DNA of 64,000 nt from Neodothiora populina (taxonomy: Eukaryota): contig NW_027191413.1 of NCBI RefSeq assembly GCF_041146345.1, forward strand, positions 434,001-498,000, read 5' to 3'. Shown here in pieces: positions 40,123 through 52,373 of the stretch. A program made the position numbers and the translations under genes. The notes under the pieces are model-generated. The model ran no database searches. It was not told where the DNA came from and saw only the letters and a program-made list of their open reading frames with translations. Within the stretch, counting starts at the first letter, position 1. Every line of letters starts with the position of its first letter.

Positions 40123-40970
40123 TTTGACCTTGTTGCTCAGATCGCTTTCACTTCGTCCAGACTCTTTGTGATATATTTCTTTTTCTTATCCAATACTCGA
40201 TCACGAGAGGGAATGTTCTTTTCCTATTATCCGTCCAACACAGTCTACGAAAAGAGATGAGAAAGAATAGGACAGAGGGATAGTTATGACAGCAAGAAAA
40301 AGGTCTTACAATGACCCATCCACGCCATCCACATACTCATATGTAAATCAGCTACAAGAGCCCCCAACAAGAAAGAATGTCACCGACCCATAGACCGCAT
40401 ATTCCACACCGTAGCTTATACAAGCACAAGTAGACCAAATACGCCTACAAGACCCTTTTTTTTCGCCCCTCCTCCGCACCCAAAGATGTCGTCTCAGACT
40501 ATCTATTGGTCGGCGCGGAACCAGACGACTTAAACGGGCTCGCGAAAGCAAAAGACGCCTTGTACAAAAAGTGAAGTGACATTTGTTTGGTTTCGGTCCG
40601 AGCCAATCAGGACGTGTGGGCGACATGTCTCGTATGCCGTCTGTCGGCTCTGTTCTGGTACGTGGGCAAATCTGGGGTAGATTGGGTCCGGCATCCGAAG
40701 CGTGCGAAGCTTTTGGGCAGCTGCAAGAGATACTAGGTACTGTAGGTACAGTACTGCATGCTTGTACAACTGCATTTCTAGAACGTTGCATCGTATCGCG
40801 TTACGAGTGACATGCCGAGTGTGGGAGGGTTTATAGTGTCGAAGAGAGTCGCGTTTACGAGGTGATGCTGCTACATCTAATCTTGAGCATGATAGAGAGC
40901 ATGTTTCAAGTCCTTTTTGGTGTCTATCTAAAACTTTTCCCACTTTCCAACTTTGCAGTCTTAGCTACCT

Positions 40971-43900
40971 CTACATAAGCAGACATCCAACGCCATACAT
41001 GGCTCTCTCTACATCACCCCTGACACTATACCAATCCGCCCGACGCTCAGCAAACTCATAGACTTCTTCGGCGCCGAAAATGCCCTTGTAACGATCGTTG
41101 TCTGCGATGATGGTGGCGAGTTCCTTGGCTTGGGCGGATCGTAGAGAGGCTGTCGGTGCCGATGTGCAATCCACGAGGTAGAGCTGGGATAGCTCGCGTA
41201 GGGCCGAGTAGTACGGTAGAAGGGCCTTCTGGCGTAGCGTGGCGACAAAGGTAGAATAGGCATTGATGTCGCTAGATAGTGAGGATGTGTCAGTAGAGCG
41301 CATTGTGAGTCAAGCGGCGTACATTGATAGGATGTCGAGACACGAAAACATACCTGATCAGCTTGATAGCACCATCCACACTGATACGCTGACGCTTGAT
41401 GTGCTTGCATAGCACACCAAACAACCTGAGTCCTACCTCTTGGTTGAAGACATCCAGCATGTTCTTGTCGGTGCTACCAACAAGCATACCAGTGTGTGAA
41501 CTGATCGTTTCCACCACTCTTTTCGCCGTTTCCGTGGGTCCAATGTCGATAATTCCACTCGCGCGCGGATTCTTTTCACTCTTGTCAACACCCGGGTTAA
41601 AGTCTGTCGTCTGCTGTAGTGTGGCACACATGTATTCGACCTCATCCATGAGCACGTCGATACCTTTACTCATGCCAGCAGCGACCCGCTCGTCTAGCAT
41701 CTGCTCGAAGCGCTTTTTCTCCTTGACGGCCGGATTGAGGAAGTCGTCACGATCAGTCAACTTTGCTGCTACGAGTTCTTGCACATAGAACACGTCGACC
41801 ATCTGCTGAATCAGATCGCCCACGTTGACAAGCTCCAGGAAGGTCACGAGAGGTTCTACTCCAGTGCTGGCAGCGCTTGGATCGCCAAGCTGTTGTCCAC
41901 GCAACTCCCGCACTTCTCGTGGTTTGTAGCCTGACAAGTGATGTACTGCCTTGTCGAAACCATTTTGGACATGCTGACGACCGACAATGGTTAACAGTGT
42001 CACGAAGATAGTTTCACACTGCTCTCTTGCTCTCGTGCTGAATTCGCCGTCGGCATGAACAAAAATTGCTGCACGTTCGATGGATGCCTTAGCTTTGTGA
42101 ATTAGACTTAACGCAACCTCGATACTGAAGAGGCCTTTTATGCCTTCTAGCTTGGAGTTCATGATGGCCGTCTTAGCAGCCAATTCAGTTGTGGGCTTTT
42201 CGCTGACTGGTGTATTCGATCGCTCGACTGTGCTGTTGATACCAAGAGCAGGCGTAGAGGGCCCAGAGGTAGGCTGCTCGCCAGGGGTCTCTTGCACAGC
42301 TGGAGCTGCTGCGACGGATTGTCTGTTGGAAGATGGAAAAGCCGGTAACGCGTTCACCGGCATCATAACCACCTTCTTGAAAGAAGACAAGAAGTCACGC
42401 TTGGCTGCTTGTCTGCTCACGTTGGACATGAAGAAAGACTCGGTCCTAGCTTCTTGCTCCGAGAGTTCTCGTTCCCAAGCTGCGACTTCTCCTTCTGATT
42501 TGTCTTGAAAAAAGTTGAGCTCTTCTGTGAGGTAGAGATCGACATGCGGCTCGAAGCAGCGTGCTACGATGGTTCTGACATCCTTTGTGAAGTCCTTCGA
42601 CGACGCCTTGGACGGTTGTATCGAGGCGGCGAAGCGTAAAGCTTGTGAGTAGACCCCCGATACAGCCTTCAGATACATTTCTTTGTTAGATCGGTGCGCT
42701 TCATCGAAGAGGGTTGTCAGATAGTCGGCCACTATGTCTTCACACGTGCGTTCGACGAACGCGAGAAGGACATCAACCTGGGATGGGAAGACGTGGTCTA
42801 TAACCGCGGACTGAGAGGTCAGCATGCTCGCAAGCTTCTCGAAAAATTTGCGCGCTGGTTCGAGATCGACATGTCCCGTAGCAACGCCATCTATACACTC
42901 AAGTGGGTTGGGTAGTTGTTCCTTGTGCAGCATGTAAGGATGGTTGGAAATGAAATAGTCGGTCGCAGCGGCACCGCCATTTAGGGTGACCAGAACATGG
43001 GCATATTTACGCATGCGATCATTGTCCTGTGCTTGATACGCCTGCTCGAATTCTTGCAGCATAGAGTTCTCAAACACACCCGTCACGGAAGCCAGCTTCT
43101 CTGCACGTTCTTCGAAGCCTGAGGCCGTGTCGCTCCGCGCAAATACTTTCAAATCCGCGAATATCCTGGCTTGTTCTTCTGGATTTTGGTAGGTCTTGGA
43201 AATCAAAAGATCCTCCTGGTTCTCCGACTCGGCGAGATCAAGGTAAAAGGGAGCGAGGCAACCGTGGATCTTGCCATATTCCTGTCTCGCCTGGCCGCGT
43301 ACTGACCTCACGCGGCGTAGCACTGAGAGAGCGAGTTTTGGGTCCATTGATGCTCTCGTACGCGAAGAGGACATGGTGACGTCGTCAAAGCCATCGGCAC
43401 TGCTGCCATGTCTGTGACGCGTGGGCGGTTGATGTTGGAGTGGTTGCAATGGCTGCATCGGCTGCTCGAGGGATCTTCTGTAGCGTTCTTCTTCCACTCC
43501 TGCGTCGAATATCGTGATACCTCTCGAGTGAGGTCTCCCGTGTGCCGCACCGCCATTGACGCCATTCCCATCGGCATCCTTGGGACGGTGAGATTCTACT
43601 TTCCGCTTGATGGCTTCCTCATGTCGCTGCCTGGCCTCTGCCTCATTCCACACACCCATGGCTTTCAATTTTTGCACCCATCTCGTGTCATCATACACCA
43701 TCTCCTGCAGCCTCTTGGACGCTCTGGCACATCTTAGCAGATCCGGAACGGGCAAGTAATCAACAATGGTTGCAATCAGCTCTTATGGGACTCGGTCAGC
43801 AACGAGACTCGATTGAGGAACAGAGACGACTTGTCGTACCCGCAGATAACACAGGCTTGAGGACGAGAATCTGAGTGGCGCGCAGCGAGGCCAACACATT

Positions 43901-44020
43901 GCTCGGAGTATTGGGCCTATGCTGAGGCCTGTTGAAGTTGTGGGACAGACTGTTCCTGTTGCCCACTGCTGGTGGTTTCTTGGGCGCAGCAGCGACCGAT
44001 TTAGGCCGCGGCTTGTTCAT
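40971..44020 (-). CDS. RCY1: F-box / Sec10-like endocytic recycling protein Rcy1 (3 exons)
   Basis: F-box LSAELIATIVDYLPVPDLLRCARASKRLQEMV. C-terminal LVTFLELVNVGDLIQQM, KKRFEQMLDERVAAG and EEVYEFAERRADW, ending in the CAAX-like GCLLM. Confidence 0.93.
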
Positions 44021-44914
44021 CGCTTTATGTCGAGATGAGCGTTGCGCCCCGGCTGCAGGGATACACGACTCTGTCTGCTGCGCTCATGTGTATATATTGT
44101 GTATAGTAACCACGGTATGACGGGGATGGTCGCACAGGAAGTTGAGCTAATAGTGGGGTGCTGGAGTTTAATCTATTTATCAATAGTTCCATGAAGCACA
44201 CAAGAAATGGCCTTCATAACAGCCTGACTTCTGCATCGTCCGGGGAAAGCCAGCGTCCGGCGGCAATTGTGTAAGCATTGTAACTCAGACAAGAGAAGGT
44301 GTAAGGCAGCTCAATACAGCAAGGTACCTATTATGTTGCCCAAAACAAGTATGACGGAATAAGGTGTCCATGTTACTCCATGTCATCCTTGGCCCAATTG
44401 TCGGCCACTTCACTGCTTTTTCCAACTCATCGTACGAGAAAGTCGGTCGCCAGGTGCAAGCAAGCAAAGTATGTAATTATCGACTAGTTCGCAAATCCAA
44501 AGATAGGCTCGAGCCAAAGTAACACTACAGTACGAGTCTCTAGGCTCTCCAAAGAATGTCAAACACCCGGACTCTCTTGTGATACGCCGCTATTTGCGCC
44601 CAACTAGACCCCACCCTCAATCTCGGGCCAGCCACCAAAGAACATGGGCGGCCCAGGCAATCAAACTATCAGGTTCGCAGCATCGCTTGTGCCTCTGCTG
44701 CCTATACAAAAAGTGCCTGTGTCCTCTCCCGTCAATTTGGTGTTTTGTGTTGTACCAATGTCAAGCAAATTGCTGCTTCGTGCCTGACCTGCTTCGACGC
44801 AGTAGTTACATGCGTACCATGCTTGGCGCATATTCGCTACTTTCTTTAATACACTTGTATCTTGCATAGCTCTCTCCTCCTCTCTGAGCGCATCACTAGA
44901 CCCTTCCATTCCAA

Positions 44915-45562
44915 ATGTGTCTCATCAAAGTCAAGGAAGAAGACGACTATGCTGTCCCACCACGCGTTGTTCGCCGTGAGCGCAGGAGATCACCCCCCGA
45001 CGCCCGTCGCTCAAGCCGCATAGCTTATGCTCAGCCACGTCCACCGTCCATAGAACGAACGTATATCATTCAGCCACCACCTCCGCCGCCGGTCTACGCT
45101 GAGCCAGAAAACCACCACAGTCATGCCAGGCTGCCCACCCCTCCACATATCCCTTCGCCGGTGCCAGTGCCAGAACCTGCACCACCTGCACATACACACG
45201 CTCACTACGTCGAGGTGGTTCCGGACTCTGCCAGCAGCGCAGGAAGTTCGAGCGAGGATGTCCGCTCTAGGGAAACTTCCAAGTCGCGCCATGCAGACGC
45301 AAGAAGCGAGTATCACTTACGAGAAAGAGAATACCGTCGGGAACGCGAGCAGAACGACCCGAAAGAAGACTATGAGCATTATCGCTATGTCCGAGCACCA
45401 GGACCTGCAGGCCACGGAAGGGACGAGGGACGATCCGGTCTAGGGCCCAGAGGAAGCTTCGCGGAAGACCCAAGAGCTAGCAGGACTAGTACCAGAAGAG
45501 AGCGCGAGCGTGTCGTCATCGTGGGCAATGATGGCCGAACCACGAGGGAGTACAGACGATGA
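44915..45562 (+). CDS. Hypothetical Arg/Pro/Glu-rich, probably disordered protein
   Basis: Intronless 215-aa ORF with good start context (ccaaATG) and a pyrimidine-rich leader. No domain recognised. Confidence 0.7.
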   Translation: MCLIKVKEEDDYAVPPRVVRRERRRSPPDARRSSRIAYAQPRPPSIERTYIIQPPPPPPVYAEPENHHSHARLPTPPHIPSPVPVPEPAPPAHTHAHYVEVVPDSASSAGSSSEDVRSRETSKSRHADARSEYHLREREYRREREQNDPKEDYEHYRYVRAPGPAGHGRDEGRSGLGPRGSFAEDPRASRTSTRRERERVVIVGNDGRTTREYRR

Positions 45563-47567
45563 GAGAAGAAAAATTGGGCCGAGCTGATCCTTCGTCGTTG
45601 CTTAGACGGTCGCTGGGTTCCCACAGCATATCATCGAGCACCACCGCGTCTTGTGGTTTCAACAAGACATCGACTGGACTCGATCCGTTCGGGATGCGAG
45701 AATGGTTCCTTTCCATATATATATAAGCTTCTTGGGAAGACTCCGTGTCTAGTTGATAGACACAAAGATCCCCCACTCTTTTCCGCGATAGAATTTCTCA
45801 TCACTGCCAAAGTGCCACATATTCATGCTCCACGTTAGGAATGAACGATTGATGTTGATGGCAATCTATTAGTAGTATCCTCGAACATGGCGTAGGACGC
45901 CTGAGACGCGATATGACACTCACCTGGAAAGAAAAAGACGAAGCACCGTCCTCACCAGAATGATCGGAATCGAGTTGAGCCTCTCCTTCCAGCGTAAGCC
46001 AGAAAGGGTTGGAACGCCGCGTATTGCACTCAAGTGTCGCACCTCCTCGGAGAATGCACACAATCTTCGCACCAGCTCCCATAGAGACGACAGCCCCGAG
46101 GGGGAACGCTCTGATTTTCTGATGCCGGATGCAAGCGTATCACGCCAGGCCCTCGCGGGCAGCGGTCAGAGCCTGTCAACTATGCTAGAGCAGGGAGGAG
46201 ACAGGATGACTAGATAAAATGAAGATTACTCCGAATTTCCCATTTGCCAGATGATAGGACCAAACCGATGATGGTGCCGGCAATGGACAAGTCCAATATC
46301 GGTCATCACCGCTGTCTGTGTGTAAGCAAAGAAACGCAGCGTTGGTGAGGACGGCGCTTGAGAAGAAGAGAAAGAGAAGGTGAAGCAGAGACGCATGAAG
46401 AATAACAATTGCAAGAAATCTTGAAGCTCAGACCATGTGTTTCGAATGCTAAGCTTTCTTACGCTCGAGTCACAGCATATTTGTACAATGTGCCTTACTT
46501 AACTTAAAGACCTGTAGATCCACAGATCTCTCTGATTAAAACAAAATCATTACCTGCCCTAGACTATCTACCAACATGATCTGCATTACTCTTGTAGAAC
46601 ACCGTATATCAGCAGCACATTGTCGCACCATACATATGGCAGGAGGCATGCGACTGTTGTTGTACTTCGGCCCTCATCCTGGACGGTGACCGTGCTTTGC
46701 ATAACACAGCGTAGCAATGCCCATACAGTAGGGAAGGCAGACCAACAGTCCCATATAACCTCCCTTGTGCAGGACAGCCCCGAGTTGCAGCTGAGCTAAA
46801 GCAGCAGGCAATGCATGGGGTAGCACGAACCGGTGTTTAGCGACAACTCCTTCTCCATGAGGTACCTACCTTAGTCATGGCTGGGCGATGGCTGGCAATC
46901 CCGTCATTGTTCCCGGGCGAGGTGGAAACCCGGGTGAAGATCCGATTTTGGCTTCAGGTCCACTAGTTCAGGTGATGCACATCCCTGGCAACTTCAGCCT
47001 TCGATCTTCACATGCTCGATCTCATACAGGAACCAGAGGCCACTTGAACTATATGTGCATCTGGCACGGCAGTCGAAGGACGAACTGTTCCCAGCTTCGT
47101 GGCTCGCCTGACCGATGCAGGTATGTTGCCGTCAACAATCATCAAGATCACTTCTCAATCCTGCCACCTTTTGACGGAGTGATTTGTACCCTCCCTAGTC
47201 AAGGATCCTCAAAATTGTCAAACAGAAACATCCCACAAGCATTGCCCAAGATACGAGTCGGATAGTTCTTTAAAGGCTTGTTGGCCGTCACCAGCCACTC
47301 TTGACAGACTTTCAGTGCCATAGATGAATTGTTAGCACATGGTGAGCCATGATACATGGTAAGCCACACCCCGGAGATATGTATGTTTACTCGGCATACC
47401 CAGCCCCGAGTAGATGTCCACGATGGTTCATTCAATTCATGCGTTCGTGTCTGGCGCTTGCTAAGCTGCCCTGTATGCCGGTCCCATGCGGTATATAATG
47501 CGAGACATCTCACGTCTTCAAGATCCGGTAGGCAGCCCCTTGTTTACCACATCTAGTACCCTTGAAT

Positions 47568-49106
47568 ATGTTCTCACCACTTTGGTATCTGTCACTGGTT
47601 GCACTGGAAGGTGTTACCAGATCAGTCGGTGGAACCCCACTCGCCACGAGCCTTCCAAACGGTGGTGTACTGTCGATCCCGCCAGGAGAAAGCTCGCCGG
47701 AACAATCTTCGCTTGCTAGTCTTCAGGACTGTCAAGTTTTGATAGATGATCAGCTCCCGAGCAAGGACAGTACCCCACGAATTTCAACTTCTCTGGCAGA
47801 GTACGAACGTACTTTGTCACCGCAGAACAACAAACATGGAACTATGCGCCGAGTGGATGGTGAGTACTCTAAAAATTGCTACAGATATTTGCCGTAATCC
47901 CTGACTGTCTCCAGGGACAATTGGCTCGGTGTGCCAGTGCAGCAGTCCACACATGCTGTTGCCGGGGGTCTTCTCAACATCACTGGGTCCCTCGGGGAGG
48001 ATGGCGGTCTTACGTGGCAGAAAGCCGTCTATAGAGGCTATACCGACTCGAGTTTCAGCACGCCTACAGAGCAAGCTGCAACGAACGGAATCAATGGACC
48101 AGTACTGAGAGCCGAGGTGAATGATATGGTTCAGGTGTTATTCGTCAACAAGCTGCCGAACAACTATGCTTCGATGCATTCAATGGGAATGTATTACGGC
48201 AAACAGTATGAAGGCAGCACCTACCCAAATACCACGACTGGAACCTCACCCAGTGTGCAAGAGCAGGATGCGGTGCCTCCTGGAGGATGTGCAGTGTATA
48301 AGTGGTTAGTCTCGGAAGCACAAGCGCCTGCACCGGGACAAGACAGTCGACTCTGGTCATATCATAGCTATGTCAACATGCCTGCTGATGTCTCAGCCGG
48401 ACTCTCGGGCCCAATGTACATTTACCGGCAAGGAAAAATAGACAGCATAATGTCGTCTCACCGAGAGTTCCTGGTCACCTTCAACACACACTACGAATCC
48501 AAGTCGTTCCTAGCAGGGGTTAATGCCGAGAGAGCAGGTCTTAACCTCAGCAGTCTACAGAAGACGAACACTCTCATCGGACAGCCTCATGTTGGTAACG
48601 AAAGCTTCTGGGTGCCGCAACTGACGGATTTCCCCCCGGTTTCCTTAACACAAGAGCAAGGGCCCATCTTCTACTCGATGAACGGATATATCTTGTCCAA
48701 CGGTGCGCCTTACGAGATGTGCAGGGACGACCCTGTGGTGTGGTATATCATGGTAAGTGGGATACATCGACGGATTTCAGTAGGGGGACACTTTGCTGAT
48801 ATCGTATGACAGGCCTATGGCGAAGCATCGCACGTCTTCCACATGCACGGACACAACTTCAAGTACCTCGATCAGTGACAGGCAGCCATGAGCGTCAATG
48901 CAGGGGAGATGTTCACACTCACAATGGACGCACAGTTGCCTGGAGTATGGCAACTGATCTGCCATGTTGCATCACACAATCTGTTTGGCATGCAACAGAA
49001 CTACATTGTGTACGAGACAGAGAATGGCGCAAGCTGCCCATTGCCTCCACTGACAGCAAAGCTAACGGGGGTTGCATCGGAGCCGGTACCTACAACAGCC
49101 GCGTAA
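47568..49106 (+). pseudogene. Secreted two-cupredoxin-domain multicopper oxidase-like gene with a frameshift and an in-frame stop
   Basis: RVRTYFVTAEQQTWNYAPSG|WDNWLG, GINGPVLRAEVND, SMHSMG, WSYHSY, YSMNGY, HVFHMHGH, WQLICHVASHNLFGM. Introns 47860-47914 and 48753-48812. A -1 frame change occurs between 47750 and about 47770, and TGA lies at 48876-48878. Confidence 0.85.
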
Positions 49107-49663
49107 TCGGGGGTTCTTCGCCAGATGTAAATAGTAATAAGAGTAATATCATAGTAATAATACGAAGTGTAGTACCCACGACTCGCGCAGCTCTACCATT
49201 TCTGCCGTGGGTCCAGTTCTGGTGACGCATAAGATAAAAAGGATGATGGGAGGAATCACGTCGACGACTATGAAATAACGGTAAGTAACATGGTTGCTGC
49301 AGGAGCAGCGGTTTCGTGGTCCAAGCGCGTTGTGGCTGTTTTGGGGGGTTGTACTGTACGAGGACGAGTCGAGATGGGAAGATCTCAATGTGAAAATGAC
49401 AAGCTGAAAGGATGAAAGGGTCAAACGCCAACTCCACCCTCCACCTTCGCCTCGTCTGTCTGCCTTGTCTGCCTGTCGCTGCTGTGTCTGGACTTCCCGT
49501 CAATCGACCATAACCTTCTATACCGACCTAATCACGTTCATTTTTTTCTACAATCGGTCAATTCACACCTGACTCATCGGCTGGATTGTCTTTTCTTACT
49601 ATCATCAATAACACTCCATTGGGGAACAACACGTCCATTGTAATAGCAGCCTCTAAGCCACCA

Positions 49664-50970
49664 ATGGCGGCGTCGTCGCACATCGATGTGTCGCGCAACA
49701 GGCTGCCGAATCTGTGGGAGGTCCTGAGCAGATCAACAAAGGCGCCTGTTGATTTGTATTCATTCTATATTTATATGCGTGACCAGCAAAGATCGGTGGA
49801 TTATCTGGATTTCTGGTAATACTGATTCCTTCTCTCTTTCTTACTCCTCTGATCTTCCTTCTGCATCGAGACGTCGCGAGGGCAAGGAACGAGGGGCAAA
49901 ACGGAAGGCGCAAAGACTAACATTCGGCGACATTGAATCAGGCTCGATGTGTCGCAACACATGTCTCTCTGCCGCCATTACGTGCGTGGCCTGCGCCGAT
50001 CTGTGCTAGCAGAAACACCGGAGTTGGAAAAGGCCGGCAGCAAGCGCTCGTCACAAATCCTCGAACATTACGGTAGCGACAACTACGACTCGAGTCTCGC
50101 CGGTCCATCATCGCCTTTCGTCTTCGACAAGTCAAATCTCAGCAGCCCCGATCATCGTGTCTCTGCCTTTCTACGTACGCAAACCAGTGGGAGCAACCAT
50201 TCGCCGTCGAATAGTCATGACAGCAACAATACTCCATTGAGCGACCAGCCACCGCGCGCCTCCTTCATGCACTCATCTAACAGCAATTCTCCTCACACCA
50301 TGGACCATTCGCCATCATCGAACAACGTGTCGAGACAGGATATCCGTGCTTCGGCGGAGAAGATCCTGTACACCTACCTCCTGCAGGGCAGTGAGCGCGA
50401 GATCATCATCCCCGTCGGTGTCTTGAACGACATCACCCACGCAATCGAGTCCGAGGGGCGCGACGACCCAGAAGTGTTTGACGCGGCCAAGGACTACGTT
50501 TTCCAGGCCATGGAGCGCGACGCATACCCTGGCTTCCTCCGTACCAAGGCGCTCGGCAACATCATCCAGCCTAGTATGCTATTGAGATTGATCGCCGGAC
50601 TGGTCGCCATGTTCGGTGCCCTCTGGACTGCCTTTATCTTGATCTTCCTGAACTACGATAGGGCGACGAGATGTTGGGTATGTGTCACTCATTTCTATTT
50701 TCCCGCTACTTCTTCTGCTAACAACACGAAAAGTTGATCCTCCCCTTCACCATCGCCATCTACTTCTTGGCAACGCATCAATACATGCTCGATCCCGTCT
50801 TGGCCTACACTGGCTACAGCGAGTATGTCTTCATGCAGTACTACCGCGTCAAGGAACCATTTGTCCGCCATCTACTTATGCGTCGCGCCACCATGTGTTT
50901 AGCATGGGTCGCTGTCATCGACGCGGCACTCTGTTGTCTTTTCATCTTCGTTCCCGGCAAGAGGCTATGA
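49664..50970 (+). CDS. RAX1: RGS-domain bud-site/polarity protein Rax1 (3 exons)
   Basis: RLPNLWEVLSRSTKAPVDLYSFYIYMRDQQRSVDYLDFW|LDVSQH, ASAEKILYTYLLQGSEREI, GRDDPEVFDAAKDYVFQAMERDAYPGFL, three C-terminal TM segments, ending FIFVPGKRL. Confidence 0.94.
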
Positions 50971-52373
50971 GAGGAAAGAAGTGGATTCTATCTAACAGTG
51001 TATGATCTGCTCTGGAGCGCGATCTCATTGTCAGAGCACAATGACACGCTGAATCACTCATGTTTTCCATGTCACTTTGGATTTTCTTTTCTTTTTACCC
51101 ACTCGGGACTCGGATGGCGTTTCTTCAATGGAATTATGAGTCTATCGATCACCTTCTTCTCGTCCCTTCTCACATGCTGCAAATGGCTACCAACCCTCTC
51201 CTCTCGTCATCGAAGAGAGTAGCCATCCTTTTTCTGCCATGAAGGGAAGGGGGCAAGAAGAATTCGTTGAATCGGGGAAAAAATCGGGTAACGGAAAGCG
51301 AAATGGTGTTACTTATGTGGCGTTTCTTTTCCTTCTTCTTTGCTTTCTGTTTCTCGACTTGTCTTTTCGTCCCTCTCCCCCCCGTCAGAACCTTGCTTTT
51401 TCATCTTTGTATCTCACATATCCCCCGGAGATTCCCTCATATCACATGGGATCGTTTCCAACCCCTCGCTTTCCAAAGGAAAAGCACACCCCATCCAACA
51501 GACCACTACATGTATGCACGCACGCACGCGCGCAAATCCATTTCCTTGCGCCTTTGTCGAATTCATCTGTTTTGCTACCTACCTTTGGACTCAAGAGCTA
51601 GAGGGAAGGGAAAATCCGAGTTTGGAGTATACGCGCGCGCGGAAGTTAAGCGATCTGGGGGATTTTGTTTCTTCGTCTTCATCTCCGATTTTTTTGTTTC
51701 GTGCTTCTTTTTTTACTTCTTCTTCATTTATAGTTGACCTATAACGGTGACCATTGAAATGGATCTAATGTGTTTTGTCTCTTGTCCCCGGGTTTTGTTT
51801 ATCTTCTTTTTGTTTTGGTTGCGAAATGATGTGATCCTTTCCACTCGTCTTAATCCACTGTTGCGTATTCCAATGCAGAGTATTGGCCTAAAGAAGAAGT
51901 TAGGATCGTGACGAAAGTAATATGGTATACTCAGACAGAGTAGGTTTGGAAGAATCGCACCGCAAGAATGCGTTACTGCCTACTGCAGCTACAGAGACCT
52001 TTCCCGACTGGATCATCACTTATGACCATAAGTGCAAGGACGAGCCACAAACTTTATTGATCATCAATCAAAGTAGAAACTATGATGAGAAAAGCATGCA
52101 AGACACGCGAGACGAAACCGTAAGCAAGGAAAGGAAAGATGAAAAAATGAGAGAAAGAAAAAAAAGTGATTAATCGTTCTATCTAATTCTCTTGTCATCG
52201 CTCATGCTGGGTCTGGTGTGAAGTCGGGGGTTTTCAGAATGCTAGTAGTACTGTGGTAGTAGTAGTGAACCGTGAATACAAAGAAACAAAGACCATTTCA
52301 AGAATTTATGAGAAGAGGAGGAGCAAGACAGACAAGACAGCAGGTGAACTTTCTTTCTTTTGGTACCTCAGTA

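Noticed and set aside
48876..48878. In-frame TGA read as selenocysteine or programmed readthrough
   Set aside because: Ascomycetes are not known to use Sec, the position is not one of the copper-ligand motifs, and the gene also has an independent frameshift.
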